Assembly (NCBI GenBank): GCA_905178155.1
Contig: CAJINV010000009.1
Span: 3,898,957 to 3,962,956, forward strand
Length of the DNA stretch: 64,000 bases
Source: Amoebophrya sp. A120
Lineage: Eukaryota > Protista > Dinoflagellata
Direction: 5' to 3'
The notes below the pieces were generated by a model. It had not been told where the DNA came from. It searched no databases and worked only from the letters and a program-made list of their open reading frames with translations. The translations under genes and the position numbers were made by a program. Positions 13,214 to 24,200 of this stretch are shown piece after piece; within the stretch, counting starts at the first letter, position 1; each line of letters begins with the position of its first letter.

Positions 13214-13790
13214 ATGTCGCGCCACGGCTCGTCCATGCAGCAGGTGTTGGAAGACCTGGTGAATCAGGTCCCGTATCCTGTGCAAAAGTATCGTACTCGT
13301 ACAAATACTAATGCAAGTCTTGCATTACAAATCTTGTTTCCAAGGAAAATCTGGATCTGCATTACAAATTTTATTTCTCATGCTGAGGAAATTTGTAATG
13401 CATTTATACGAGTGCGATACTTTTGCACAGGATATCCCGACCTGCGTCCCGACCGTGAAAACCGGGACTGCAGCCAAGTCCTCCTTCCTGCAGCAGCCCG
13501 CCGCGGAGGACTACACCGGGGTCGGAAAAGGACCGAAACTGGGTGGCGGGGTGAAGAAGAAAACCGGTTTTGCGGATGGGGCCGCGACCGACACGGCGGC
13601 TGCGGGCGGCGCGATCGATACAAACGCTGGAAGTATGGAAGGCAACAGTGGGGGCGCCAACGGTGGTGGTGGTCTTGGCGGCGGCGGTGGTGGTGGTGGT
13701 GGTGGTGGCGGTGGTGGTGGCGGTAACGGTGGTGGTGGCGGTGGTCGTCGTGGTGCTGATGAAAATTCTGAGGTGGCACCACCTCCTTAA
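13214..13790 (+). CDS. MSRHGS-family paralog 1 (136 aa, Gly-rich tail, ends PPP)
   Basis: Exons 13214-13273 and 13440-13790; N-terminus nearly identical to the genes at 14585 and 15780. Confidence 0.8.
13274..13434. mobile_element. Introner family A
   Basis: DR tcccg; site empty in paralogs 2 and 3. Confidence 0.95.
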
Positions 13791-14584
13791 ATAATGGCTG
13801 ATGATCCACTACGTCGTAGCTAGTGCTCCGCTTTACTAAGCTCACTGCTCTTGCTTTGCCCGCCCCCGGTAAGGGTAACTGCGCGCAGAAGAAAAACTCG
13901 TCTGATTAAATAATCGGTGCTACTTGTACTTGGCTTCGACAAAGAATTTCAAAAATAGACTTAATTACAATTTCCGCGAAATAAATTGTGAATCAGATAA
14001 ACACTGGTACTGAGCAGATCCAGATTGTTTGTTTTGAAGGACAAAATCAAAAACGAGATGGATGCTGAAAAATTAGCCTGTGAGTTCCGTTTCACCCTGT
14101 ACTGAAACGTACTTCATTTCTCCGTCCCTGCCGACGTCTTTGCTGTTGCTGCTCTGCCCTTCGAGCAAAGCATCCAGTGCGAGATTTGGAAACGCAAACA
14201 AGAGAGAGAAGCGGAAAGAACCTCAGAGGGTAAAAATTTTTTTTTGCGTGACCAGTGTGGCTTCGCAACGGAAGTTTAAACTGTACAAACTGTCGTATGA
14301 CACTACATTCACAACGTTGATGCAAAATGAAGAAGCGCAAACTCTGAAGAAAGAGTGATGTGGAGCGCGAGTGAGTCTGTGCCTTGATTTCGTGACTCGA
14401 CGTTATCAATCCTCTGATTCAAGCTCGTCTTCGTCGTCGAGTCATTCACGTTTTTGATGGTCACACATGGTGCGTTGAATGTTGAAACTACTTCTCGGCG
14501 AAACAAAACTTTAGGTTATCAGTTCTTGTCCTCGTCCAAGAACCTAGTAAAATACTAGATTCGTTTTATATCAAATCCAAACGC

Positions 14585-15237
14585 ATGTCGCGCCACGGCT
14601 CCATGCAGCAGGTCTTGGAAGACCTCGTGAATCAGGTCTCTACCTGCGTTCCGACGGTGAAGAGCAGCGGTTCAACATCTACTTCCGGTGCAGCGAAGTC
14701 CTCCTTTCTGGAACAAGGCGATTACGTCGGCGTCGGGAAGGGACCGAAGCCGATGGGGGTGAAGAATCGGACCGGTTTTGTCACTGCAGGACCCGGACAA
14801 GCAACTATTGTTCCTCTCGTAGAACCAGCTCCTCCTGCTGCCGTGGGTGGAGGTGATGAAGAACAAGTTCCAGCCGGGGAAGTACCTTTTGTGGGGGATG
14901 GTAAGGGCGCTGACGGCAGCATAGGAGGCGCACCGAAGGCGGCCCTGCTATGGGAGGAGCGGGTAAAATGAAGGGAGGCCCAGGCCCCTATGTCGGCAAT
15001 GGCGCTATGCCGGGAAAAGGAGCCGGACATGGCGAGATGGTGCCGCCCGGACCTGGTGGAGCTGCTGGAGTCGGAGATGACGGGATGATGCCACCAGGTG
15101 GACCCGGAGATGGAGGCGCAGGCGGCATTTCGATCCCAGGAGGTGGAGTTGGAGAAACCGCAGGTGCACTGGGGCCGCCGGTCGGCGGCGGCGGGGTCGA
15201 GGAACCAGGAGCAGATGCACAAGTAGAGGCACCTTGA
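14585..15237 (+). CDS. MSRHGS-family paralog 2; no introner; frame change near 14880-14950
   Basis: ORF 14585-14971 plus overlapping Gly/Pro-rich ORF 14950-15237. Confidence 0.65.
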
Positions 15238-15779
15238 GCTCCATAATTAGGCGCGGCCTGAGGTAGTCGACAGGATGAAATTCATTTGACGACTGCAACA
15301 GAACTTTGAAGCATGGTCTACTGCTAGATGACGTGGGTGTACCGTGCAATGTCGTCCGGACAAACGCAACGTGCTACAAGGTGGAGATGGATGAATTGCA
15401 AATCATGTAAAACTCTGCTTCGGTACACTTCTAGAAAGAGAAATGAAATAGAAGAGAACCCGACACACTGATTTTTCGACTCACTTCCGACGTTGTCGTT
15501 GATGTTGACGCGGCAATGCGAGATGGCTAAATTCTGAAGAACAAGAATAAGGAGTGGCGTGGAGCACGAGAGGGAGTGTGCGTCTTCATTTTGTGGAGGT
15601 TCGACACTCCTCTGGTTCAAAGCCGTCGTCGAGTCGTTCTTGATGTAGATGCAGAATTAAAAAGCGATTTGTTATTCTTGTTTGTGTTGAATAAAACTTC
15701 TCGGAAAAAAAAAAATTCTAGGCTTCAAGCTGTGCTCTAACGTCACCGGATTCGTTTTAAGCAAATACAATCCAAACGC

Positions 15780-18700
15780 ATGTCGCGTCACGGCTCCATG
15801 CAGCAGGTGCTGGAGGACCTGGTGAGCCAGGTCCCCACCTGCGTTATCAAGGAGAGAAATCCCCCCTCCCCGTATCAAAACGGAAATCTGTAATGCAGAT
15901 TTGTTGCCACAAAATCATGCTAGAAGGTAAAAGGTGCGGACTGTAGTACTGAAACGCGTGGGGCGAAGCCCTTGCATCTTCAGCATGGCAGGAGGCACCT
16001 GGAAGTGGAAAACAGCATGACAAATTGCCTGCAAGCGAGGGCAAAACCGCGGCTCTTGGCCTTCTAGCAATACAGGTCGACTTGTGTACTCAAATACTAA
16101 TACAGCATCACAGGTTTTGTGTTCGATATGGGGAGGGGGGATCTTTCCTTTTGATATGCGTCCCGACAGTGAAGACCGGTCACTATCCTGTGCAAAAGTA
16201 TCGTACTCGTATTGCAGTCCTGCATTACAAATTTTTTTCTCAAGGTGAATCTGCATTACAAATTCCAGCGTGTCCCGGCTCAAAAATCTAAGAATCACTG
16301 CAAGGGTTGACATCTATGTTTCGATAGTATACAGCGCGATACTATCGAACAGCATACCTTTCTTTCACTATTTCAAGAAAGAGAACAAGCTGCAGCTCAA
16401 AAAAGACACTTCGAAGTATCTGAAGGCGCATGCTATGCTACCAAAGCAAACACCAAACACGATTTTGCATCACTGTGCTGGCATACCAGACATCCACTCG
16501 CTCTTTGTAGTAGAGAACTTAATGCTCTTCTACAAAGGGGCGCAGCTGGATCTCTGGCCACTGAAAAAATCGCCATGCGAGGAGGTAAAAAATTTGCTTG
16601 AGAAGGTGGATGCGCAAGATCCAGCCAGTTTTCTTCTAGGCATGGACAAGAAACATGTCACGTGGACCGACACGATTAGGCATATGTCACAAGAAAGTTT
16701 TGAAGATGTGCATCGACAGCTCGACAAAGATAGACTCTATATGGGAAAGATTTTTTGGAAAGGTGTCAATCTGGATGCCAAGTCGATGGACAGCGTTGGA
16801 GAAGGCATGGGGATTGGAAGGCTATCAGGGCTTCGGGGGGAAGAGCTAAACAAAGCACGGGGGAAAATTGCAACAGCGCACAACGCGCTCACGAGAGGGC
16901 TGCTGAGGAAGTCGCAGGAGAATCTCGTTACAGCGACGGACGGGCTAGTTGACAAGGACCGTAATTTGGGAGTAGGGGCAGGGGCCAGCTGGTGGTGGGA
17001 GCCGGTTGGCGATGATGGCGAGGGGAAACTAGCAACAGAAGCAGGGGAGGAGGGATTGCCAGAACCGGCATGGATATCAGGAGCCTACATTTGTTCCCCC
17101 TTGGAAGATGTTCATACAGACTCATTTGATGCAGAATGTGTAGGCCTGATAGAACAGCTAAAAAAGATAGTGCATCAGATTAAGACCAGCCCACACATGA
17201 GACACATGCTGCGACATTTCTATTTTTTCTTGGATAGCAATTCCATTGTGCAGGCTTTGGAATGCTATAACGATGGCAGCAGCGAGATGATCCGCAGCAT
17301 TATGAAACATATGGAAATGATAGAAGCCGCCTGCATAGGTGAGAAACCAAACGAGGAAGAGGAAGTGTGGTTTCATTTCAGATGGACCCCCGGACACTGT
17401 GGCCAGCTGGTGAACGACTGCGCGGACCAGCTAACAAATATCTACAAGCAGATGTGGAAGGATGGCGACCAGGATTACAGTGATGACGCAGCGCGGCCCG
17501 TCTACACAAAATTGCTTACCGCGCCAATCTTGCGGCGCCTACTCTTGCGCAGGATTTTGAGCAGAAATCTAGCGCAAGTGGACTCGGTCTCGGACTACCT
17601 CCGGGACCGGGCTAAAGAGTTGGGGGGATTCCGACCCCCGGTTGGGGTCTTCCCCAATCGAGAGTCGGAGTTATTGTATTTCTGGGTCTGGCTAGGCATT
17701 GCGCCTCAGCCACACCTGGGACGCGACGAGATTCAGTACGAAGGGGGAAAAATGAAACAAAAATGCAGACTGTGTGGCAGGTGGTCTGCTTGTGCGGTGG
17801 ATCATGCCATTTTCGAATGCGAAGAGATCAAGGCGCCACGTGAGCGCCACCTGGGTTTTGCCAAATGCGCCCCATCCCTCGGGCGCAGCTTACTAAAACA
17901 GCCGCAGAAAATCGTGCGTCTTATAGTGGACGAAGAGGCAAAGTTAACGCATGAGTTCTTTCGAGATAGGGTGAAGGGATGTGTCGATGAAATAGGGCAC
18001 ACAATGGAACGAATTCCAAAGCAGCACACCAAGATCGACAATGTGTATAAGAAACTAAATAGAATGAGCAATATGAAGGTATTTACTGATGCCATTCCGA
18101 TGAAGTATCTTGATTGACGCGCCACTAGATGCCTTGAGTCACAAAAAATTAAATTCCCCAGGTTCTCTGCAAGTCAAATCCTCTCCCTTTTGTTTATGAA
18201 GCGACGAGATCCCAAAAGAAAAAGAAAAAACGACCAGTACTACATCGTGCGAAAAAGCTGGGCTGAGGAGGGGGAAAGTGAAGAAAGGAAGATACCAGGT
18301 ATATAAAAATAGTGACTATGGAGCTATTTGATGGTAATAGATTTGCAGATCGGAGGTTCGTGCTTTTTGTTAGTGCCTGCTTGTGTATGATGAACATATA
18401 GATGGTAGTTGAGATCATGATGCTAAGTCAGATAACATCCTCGAGCAAACAACTCAATGAAAATCAAAAATGCATAAAACAACAGGTCCCTGCTGCGAAG
18501 CCCGCAACGTGCACCAATATAAAGGGAACCCCAAAAAGCCAGACCTAGGAGGAGCGTTTGCTCATCGCTGAAGATTTAGAATAGAACTGTACCAAACAGC
18601 GGCATAGAGTAACCTTGTACCTAATGAGCTACGTGGCTGCCTGGTCCCCTGGTACTAGTAAACACATGGACAGTGACCTGGTATTTTTAAGCAGACCCAT

Positions 18701-21700
18701 TCCTCAGCCTAATCGTCGCGCGAAAGAAAATAAGTCGTCAGTCGTGAATTCGTCATCGTAGCACCTGGTAACTTCGCAGACAGGTTCGTAGTTTGCTGCT
18801 CGTCCTAAATACAGGCGTTTTTTTTGCCTGTTGCTCGTAACTTTCCATTCAAAAGAAATAAAAACAGGGACAGGCTGAGATGGAGGAAGGAGGTGGTAGT
18901 AGTGAAAAGGTAGTACTTGTTGAGCAAAAAAAAAATGAGTCGTGTATAGTCCTGAGTAGTTGAATTTCCAAGGATTTTGTAGGAAAGTTACTTAGTACTG
19001 ACCTCCTTGCACTACAGAAGAGCTTTTTTCTGCCCTGTCTTCAGAGCTATTAGTTGCCTGCAGCACCAAAGTAGTATAATTTGCTTTCTATTCTATTCCG
19101 CTTTCATTTTTACCAACATAGAAATAAATAGTTGATTTCTCTATGTTTACCATGATATCAAGATGTAAGTGTAAATATTGGACATCCTTCCAAGAACAAG
19201 ATGTGGGGGCAGGCGTCAGTGCGTAAATCTCCGCCAGGTTGGCACACTGCTTTTTCGTTGCTACTGCGCAGGCCGAAGAGGATTCACAAATCTCTGTGGA
19301 GGGATGCAGATGACGAGCGAGAAGTGGAACTGTCGGCCATGAATGGAGTGATGGCAATGGCGAAAGGAAGAGACGTGGGGAGGAGGAGCGGCAGCTTTTA
19401 TCCAAAAGGTAGGGCCTAAGGCCACGGGAACGCCGAGCACACCCGCGCACTTCTTCGTGAATCGCCCACCGCTTTTTGTGTGTCGAGACAAAAGAAAAAC
19501 GAAAAGAAATACCAAAAAATCAAAAGAAAATATCAACAAAAAGAAAAATCAAAAGAAAAACTAAAAGAAAAATCAAGAGAAAAATCAAGAGAAAAATCAA
19601 AAGAAAAATCAAAAGAAAAATCAAAAGAAAAATCAAAAGAAAAATCAAAAGAATTTCAAATCAAAATCAAAAGAAAACCCGCACCACCGAACCCGCACGG
19701 GAGCCAGCTACTCCCCGCAACGGGAGTTCGGACAAGCACGCTGTTGCTGCATTTCCCCGGGGTGCTGTTATGCTTCAACATCTTGCAGAACCCTTCGCCG
19801 CCGAGTACACCCGATCCTGCCGCGTCTCTCAAGAATGGAAATCCAGCTTCAAGTTCGTCCACCCCACACGCCGACTTTCAAAATCGAATACTGCCGATCC
19901 CGTGCAAGACATCCTCGACCACGACGACACACTACTCGCCGTTGCAGCTAGTCGAGATTTCGCCCCGGTTGGTTCCGCAGCTGTTGCCCTACAAGTTCCA
20001 TACTATCCAACTTTGCATGACAAATTATTTACATTTTATTGGTTTTACTAGCGGTGCCCTGCTGGCTATCTGCGGTAGCTGCACAAAGCTGCCGGTGTAG
20101 TTTCCTAAACAAGACATTTCGCCCGCTGCTACCGGGTCAGTACTTAAAAAACCACTCAGGCGGCGCAGTTACTAAATAGCTGGCGGGTGTCACCTAGGCG
20201 TGACGCGGTGACTTGTTAGCTCTAGCAAAAAAGTTCGTTTGCACTATCCGACAAAACAAAACTTGCATGACAAATTCCGGCCCTGCAAAGCCGTAGTAAA
20301 TTAGTATCCCCCCGCACTACTATGCCCCCCAACACATATTTCCGGACGCTGCAAGAAGGAGAAATGTGGCGTGTGCCGCTGCTACCGGCTCGACACGTAA
20401 AGGAAAACGAATCCGCGCGCTCGGCGTGGTAGCTACCCCCATGCCGTTCGGGTTTTAGCAGCCATTGGCATCACAGATTGCGGTCTTCCGATCCCCGCCG
20501 AAGATTTTCGTTTCTACTTTTTGTGGCCGGTGCTTTCGAATCGGGCTTGATCTCGATCTCATGTCGACCACCGATGTTGACCTTTTGCAGTATGCACGCA
20601 CAAACGGGATTTTCGAAAACGGAGGGGGGGGGAAGGGACCCCCATTTGGTTGTCGCGGCGCGAAGCCGCAAATCTCGTGCTCACGTTCACCACCAGAAGG
20701 GTTCCAGCACGGGGCCGCTCCATGAGTCCAGAAGTGTTCCAGCAAGGGCCCGAGGCCCCTTTTCCTTTTCTCCTTATTTTTTTTGCATGCGGGTAGCCGT
20801 GTATAGAGGCGCATAGGGACCACTGTCCTCGAGTCTGCCGGTGCACAGCAATGCGAATCCGATTTGCTTGCTGCTGCTATGTATGCTTTTTATATTTCCT
20901 GCCGCCTTGTAGTCGTTATTAAGCACTTCGTCTTTGCCGTTCTTCGTTTGTTTTGTCCAAGGAGCTAGATCGCAAATTCGTGCGCTCCCTCGCCTATGAA
21001 AAATTAGATCTTCCCTTTGCCCGGTGTTGTCCCATGTAGATTTAGGTCTCTACCCTTTTACAGTCTTTTGTCGTTTCCTAGTGGTCTTCGCACTTAGTCT
21101 TACTTGATCCACGTCTTGTAGCGCTAGTCGTTCCGCGGACCCCGCGTCCTCGCAGGGGCTTCTCTTTTTTTTCCGCCTAGCCAGCGGGTTGTTGCTTGGG
21201 GGGGTGTTAGCTTCGCATGAAAGCTTGTATGCATGCTGTATTCCGGCTTTGCATGACAACTTTTATTGGTTTTGCTAGAAGCGCCCTGCTTGCTATCTGC
21301 TTTAACTGCTTCATGTGACCGGTGTAGTTTCCTAGTTGCACGAATTCGCCCGCTGCTACCGGGTCAGTAGATAGAAAAAAAATTCAGGTCGCGCAGTTTC
21401 TAAATGGCTTGCGGGTGACGCTCAGGACTTGACGCGGTGACTTGTTAGCTCTAGAAAATTGGCACTATCGAAGAACTTGCACGACAAAAAACTTGCATGA
21501 CAAAGTCCGGCCCTGCTAAGCCGCAGTAGATAGTATCCCCCCGCACTGCTATCCCCATTCCACATTGTTCCGGAGGCTGCGAGATGGAACCATGTGGCGT
21601 GTGCCGCTGCTACCGGCTCGACACGAAAAAACGAATCCGCGCGCTCGGCGCGGTAGATACCCCCCCGCCGTTCGGGTTTTAGCTGCCACTGGCGTCATAA

Positions 21701-22905
21701 ATTGCGGTCTACAATCTCCTCCTGATGATTTTCATTTGTTCTTTTTGTGTATGGTGCATGAGAGCTTGCACTCATTTTGGCCGCGTTGTGGTAGTTTTGC
21801 AGCATGCACGCACAAACGGGATTCTTGAAAGCGGAGGGTGGGGGGCGAGACCCCCATTTAGTCGCCGCGGCGCGAAGCCGCAAATCTCGCGCTCACGTCC
21901 ACCATCAGAAGTGTTCCAGCACGGGGCCGCTCCATGAATTGAATTGAATTGACACGCGAGAAGCCTAGCAAAAAAAAAAAAAAAAATCTGCATTGCAAAT
22001 TTTCTTTCTCATGCTGAGGAAATTTGTCATGCATTAATACGAGTACGATACTTTTGCAGTTCATAGTCACTCCGCCGCCACGAAATCCGTCGTGGAGCAG
22101 GCCAGTAGCGTATGAATTGCAAAAATGTCTGGGTCTGGAAGGATGTAACTTGTCATGCTAAATCTGAATCATGCAAAAATCTGTGTTGCATGATTACCAA
22201 TAAAGCTGTCCACTTTTGACCAAGTTAGAAGGGAGTTTCTCATGCAGGGTAGGCATGATAGGGATTTCACAGAATGTCTGTCATGCTAAGTCCCGCATTC
22301 CAGACCTCATGGGTCATGGAAAATCTGCATGACAAGTCTACACTTTTCCAGACCCAGCAGACATTTTTACATTTGATACAGCGGCGCTGCGGGCCCGATG
22401 GGGGTGAAGAAGGGCGGCGTCAAGACCGCTTTTCCGAAAACTATCAAAACAGAGAAAAAATTCTATGTCTGGCATGGCCGCGTCATCGTCATGCTCATGA
22501 CAAAGTTGTCAGCATGCAGACCTTTACACAAATGATTATACAAGCCGAGTTCCCTCCTGGTGAGCAGTTAAAGTGCAACGAACTTTAAAAGTTGAAAGAA
22601 CTTCATCGTATATATTTTACCTGCTCACATCACCAGCTAGTAATAGTATGCCGCGTGCTGACAACGAAGTGACTCGTGGCTCTGTTAGGGAACTTGTGAT
22701 GCTAAATTTGGATTCGAAGAAAATCTGTATTGCATGACCAGCAAGAGAAAGAGTTGAAATTTTCCAAACGATAGTAGCAGGAGGAGGTGGAGGCGCCCCG
22801 TCTGCCAGTGGCACCGGGGAATCCAGCAGTACTGGTGATGGTGCTACGGGCGGTGGTGCCCAGGGCGGTGGCTCCGGCTCCGGATCGTCTTCCCCACCTC
22901 CCTGA
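15780..22905 (+). CDS. MSRHGS-family paralog 3 (103 aa) spread over 7.1 kb
   Basis: Exons 15780-15844, 16162-16183, 22071-22110, 22384-22441, 22779-22905 give MSRHGSMQQVLEDLVSQVPTCVPTVKTGHSAATKS...GPMGVKKGGVKTAF...SSSPPP*. Confidence 0.75.
15845..16156. mobile_element. Introner family G
   Basis: DR tgcgt; site empty in paralogs 1 and 2. Confidence 0.95.
16270..18117 (+). CDS. C-terminal part of LINE ORF2: RNase H domain and CCHC zinc knuckle
   Basis: ATDG...DAECVGL...FLDSNSIVQAL...WTPGHCGQLVNDCADQL (RNase H); CRLC-x8-H-x4-C. No RT YxDD seen; the ORF starts at the insertion junction. Confidence 0.85.
   Translation: MSRLKNLRITARVDIYVSIVYSAILSNSIPFFHYFKKENKLQLKKDTSKYLKAHAMLPKQTPNTILHHCAGIPDIHSLFVVENLMLFYKGAQLDLWPLKKSPCEEVKNLLEKVDAQDPASFLLGMDKKHVTWTDTIRHMSQESFEDVHRQLDKDRLYMGKIFWKGVNLDAKSMDSVGEGMGIGRLSGLRGEELNKARGKIATAHNALTRGLLRKSQENLVTATDGLVDKDRNLGVGAGASWWWEPVGDDGEGKLATEAGEEGLPEPAWISGAYICSPLEDVHTDSFDAECVGLIEQLKKIVHQIKTSPHMRHMLRHFYFFLDSNSIVQALECYNDGSSEMIRSIMKHMEMIEAACIGEKPNEEEEVWFHFRWTPGHCGQLVNDCADQLTNIYKQMWKDGDQDYSDDAARPVYTKLLTAPILRRLLLRRILSRNLAQVDSVSDYLRDRAKELGGFRPPVGVFPNRESELLYFWVWLGIAPQPHLGRDEIQYEGGKMKQKCRLCGRWSACAVDHAIFECEEIKAPRERHLGFAKCAPSLGRSLLKQPQKIVRLIVDEEAKLTHEFFRDRVKGCVDEIGHTMERIPKQHTKIDNVYKKLNRMSNMKVFTDAIPMKYLD
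19516..19677. repeat. 12-bp tandem repeat (aaaagaaaaatc)n inside the LINE 3' region
   Basis: Seen directly, ~10+ imperfect units. Confidence 0.85.
20011..20725 (+). repeat. Copy 1 of a ~700-nt duplicated unit (candidate structured RNA) in the LINE 3' region
   Basis: Colinear with 21247-21937; conserved hairpins. Confidence 0.8.
21247..21937 (+). repeat. Copy 2 of the ~700-nt duplicated unit, ending ~30 nt before the poly(A)
   Basis: Colinear with 20011-20725. Confidence 0.8.
22111..22378. mobile_element. Introner family B
   Basis: DR tagcg/cagcg. Confidence 0.9.
22442..22773. mobile_element. Degenerate introner
   Basis: TATC...GATA; DR decayed (aaaac/gtagc), but removing element+5 nt keeps frame. 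Confidence 0.55.
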
Positions 22906-24200
22906 TCGCTCGTGTGATTTCGATGAAGTGGGGAAAAGGTTAAGGTATACGATTAGAATTGTTCTTGTTGAGTGCAGTGCAACATTGTTTTCTCTGATCA
23001 GCTCAGGCTGAAAAAGAACATGATGCATTTTACTTTGAAATTGAATGTTCAAGTTTTTCGAATAGTGAATCATAATCTGAAAGAATACCACCTGCACAAC
23101 TCACACTCAGGTACTTATCGACCACCACGACGACAAGATGTTTACCACAATAATTAAAAAACGAACCACGTTTGGACCACGAAACCGACTTGCTCTAATG
23201 GGGAATAGTACCACGAGTAAACTCTGTACCAACTTCTACGCGCGGAGTCTTTTTTGATAAACGGTCATGGTGGAGGGTCGAACAAATAGTACAACTCCTG
23301 CAGATGAGATCTACTCGTTCTCGTACTCTACTCGTTTGCAATTTTGATGAAAAGTTCAAGAACACAAAAAGAAAATCAAGAGCACGGCCTTCAAGGTCTG
23401 CTTGCTTCACAGGAGCAACTGCAGCTCCATCCTTGTTGCACTCTCTACGTTTTACAGTTTTTACAGCTTAGGATTACAACAAGAACAACTACAACTCGTG
23501 TCTTCAAGATTTACATTTACAACTCGTACTCAACTCTTCCAGTTACTTTCTAGTCCAGTTTGAATCAAAACTTTTACGCAGATTACAGTTACAGCAGCAA
23601 GATTTTCTAATCCAAGATTTTTATCAAAATAGGAATCGACAGATGGGATAGCGATAGTCCTCGACGTGATCAGCTAATGTGCTGAAGATGCTTCGGAACG
23701 AAAATCTTCCTGAATGAACTTGTATCTCCAAAAATCCCAAGAATCGAAAATCCGAACAGTCGAAGACGCCAACCGGTCCAGCTGCAGCGGCAATCTATCC
23801 TTCGTTACATTTGTTTCTCCTGCGAGCGCTTCCCTCGTTTGGTTTTTTACCTCACGTTGTCGGGTGCTCGTCATTTGCTTCGGTGGATACTAACTTCTTT
23901 GCCGCTTTCTCCCTGTGCAGTCGCTTTTTGGTTTCGTGGTTTTGGTATGAATTCTATCTCTTTCGGTAGAACTTCTGCAAGGGTCTGATCATGGAGATGA
24001 TCCCAGTGGTCCACCCACACACCGTATCCATATGTAAGTACACTCAAAATAAGTAAAGATCCGAGTAAAGAAAGAGACGATCATGTTGAGCATGCTTCCT
24101 CATTTGTTTTTCATATGTTTTTTTCCACTTCGATGCCACTCGTAGTTTAAGTTTTGACATTGTTCTTTGTTCAAGGCAGGACTTGAAGCCTTCTACCAAA

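Larger units (their letters stand above)
16265..21986 (+). mobile_element. 5'-truncated non-LTR retrotransposon (RNase H-containing LINE) nested in an introner
   Basis: TSD aatctgcatt(a/g)caaatt at 16248-16264 and 21985-22001; A17 tract at 21970-21986; RNase H + CCHC ORF. Confidence 0.9.
16184..22065. mobile_element. Introner family A expanded to 5,882 bp by a nested LINE
   Basis: DR gtcac at 16179-16183 and 22066-22070; the two family-A halves flank the LINE. Confidence 0.9.

Noticed and set aside
19476-20100. Lys/Arg-rich ORFs (KSKE / KIKR repeats) as histone-like proteins
   Set aside because: They are explained by a stop-free 12-bp A-rich tandem repeat and have non-ATG starts
20115-20145. 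Hammerhead ribozyme on the minus strand (CTGA...GAAA)
   Set aside because: It lacks the CUGANGA core, and GAAA is not conserved in the second copy
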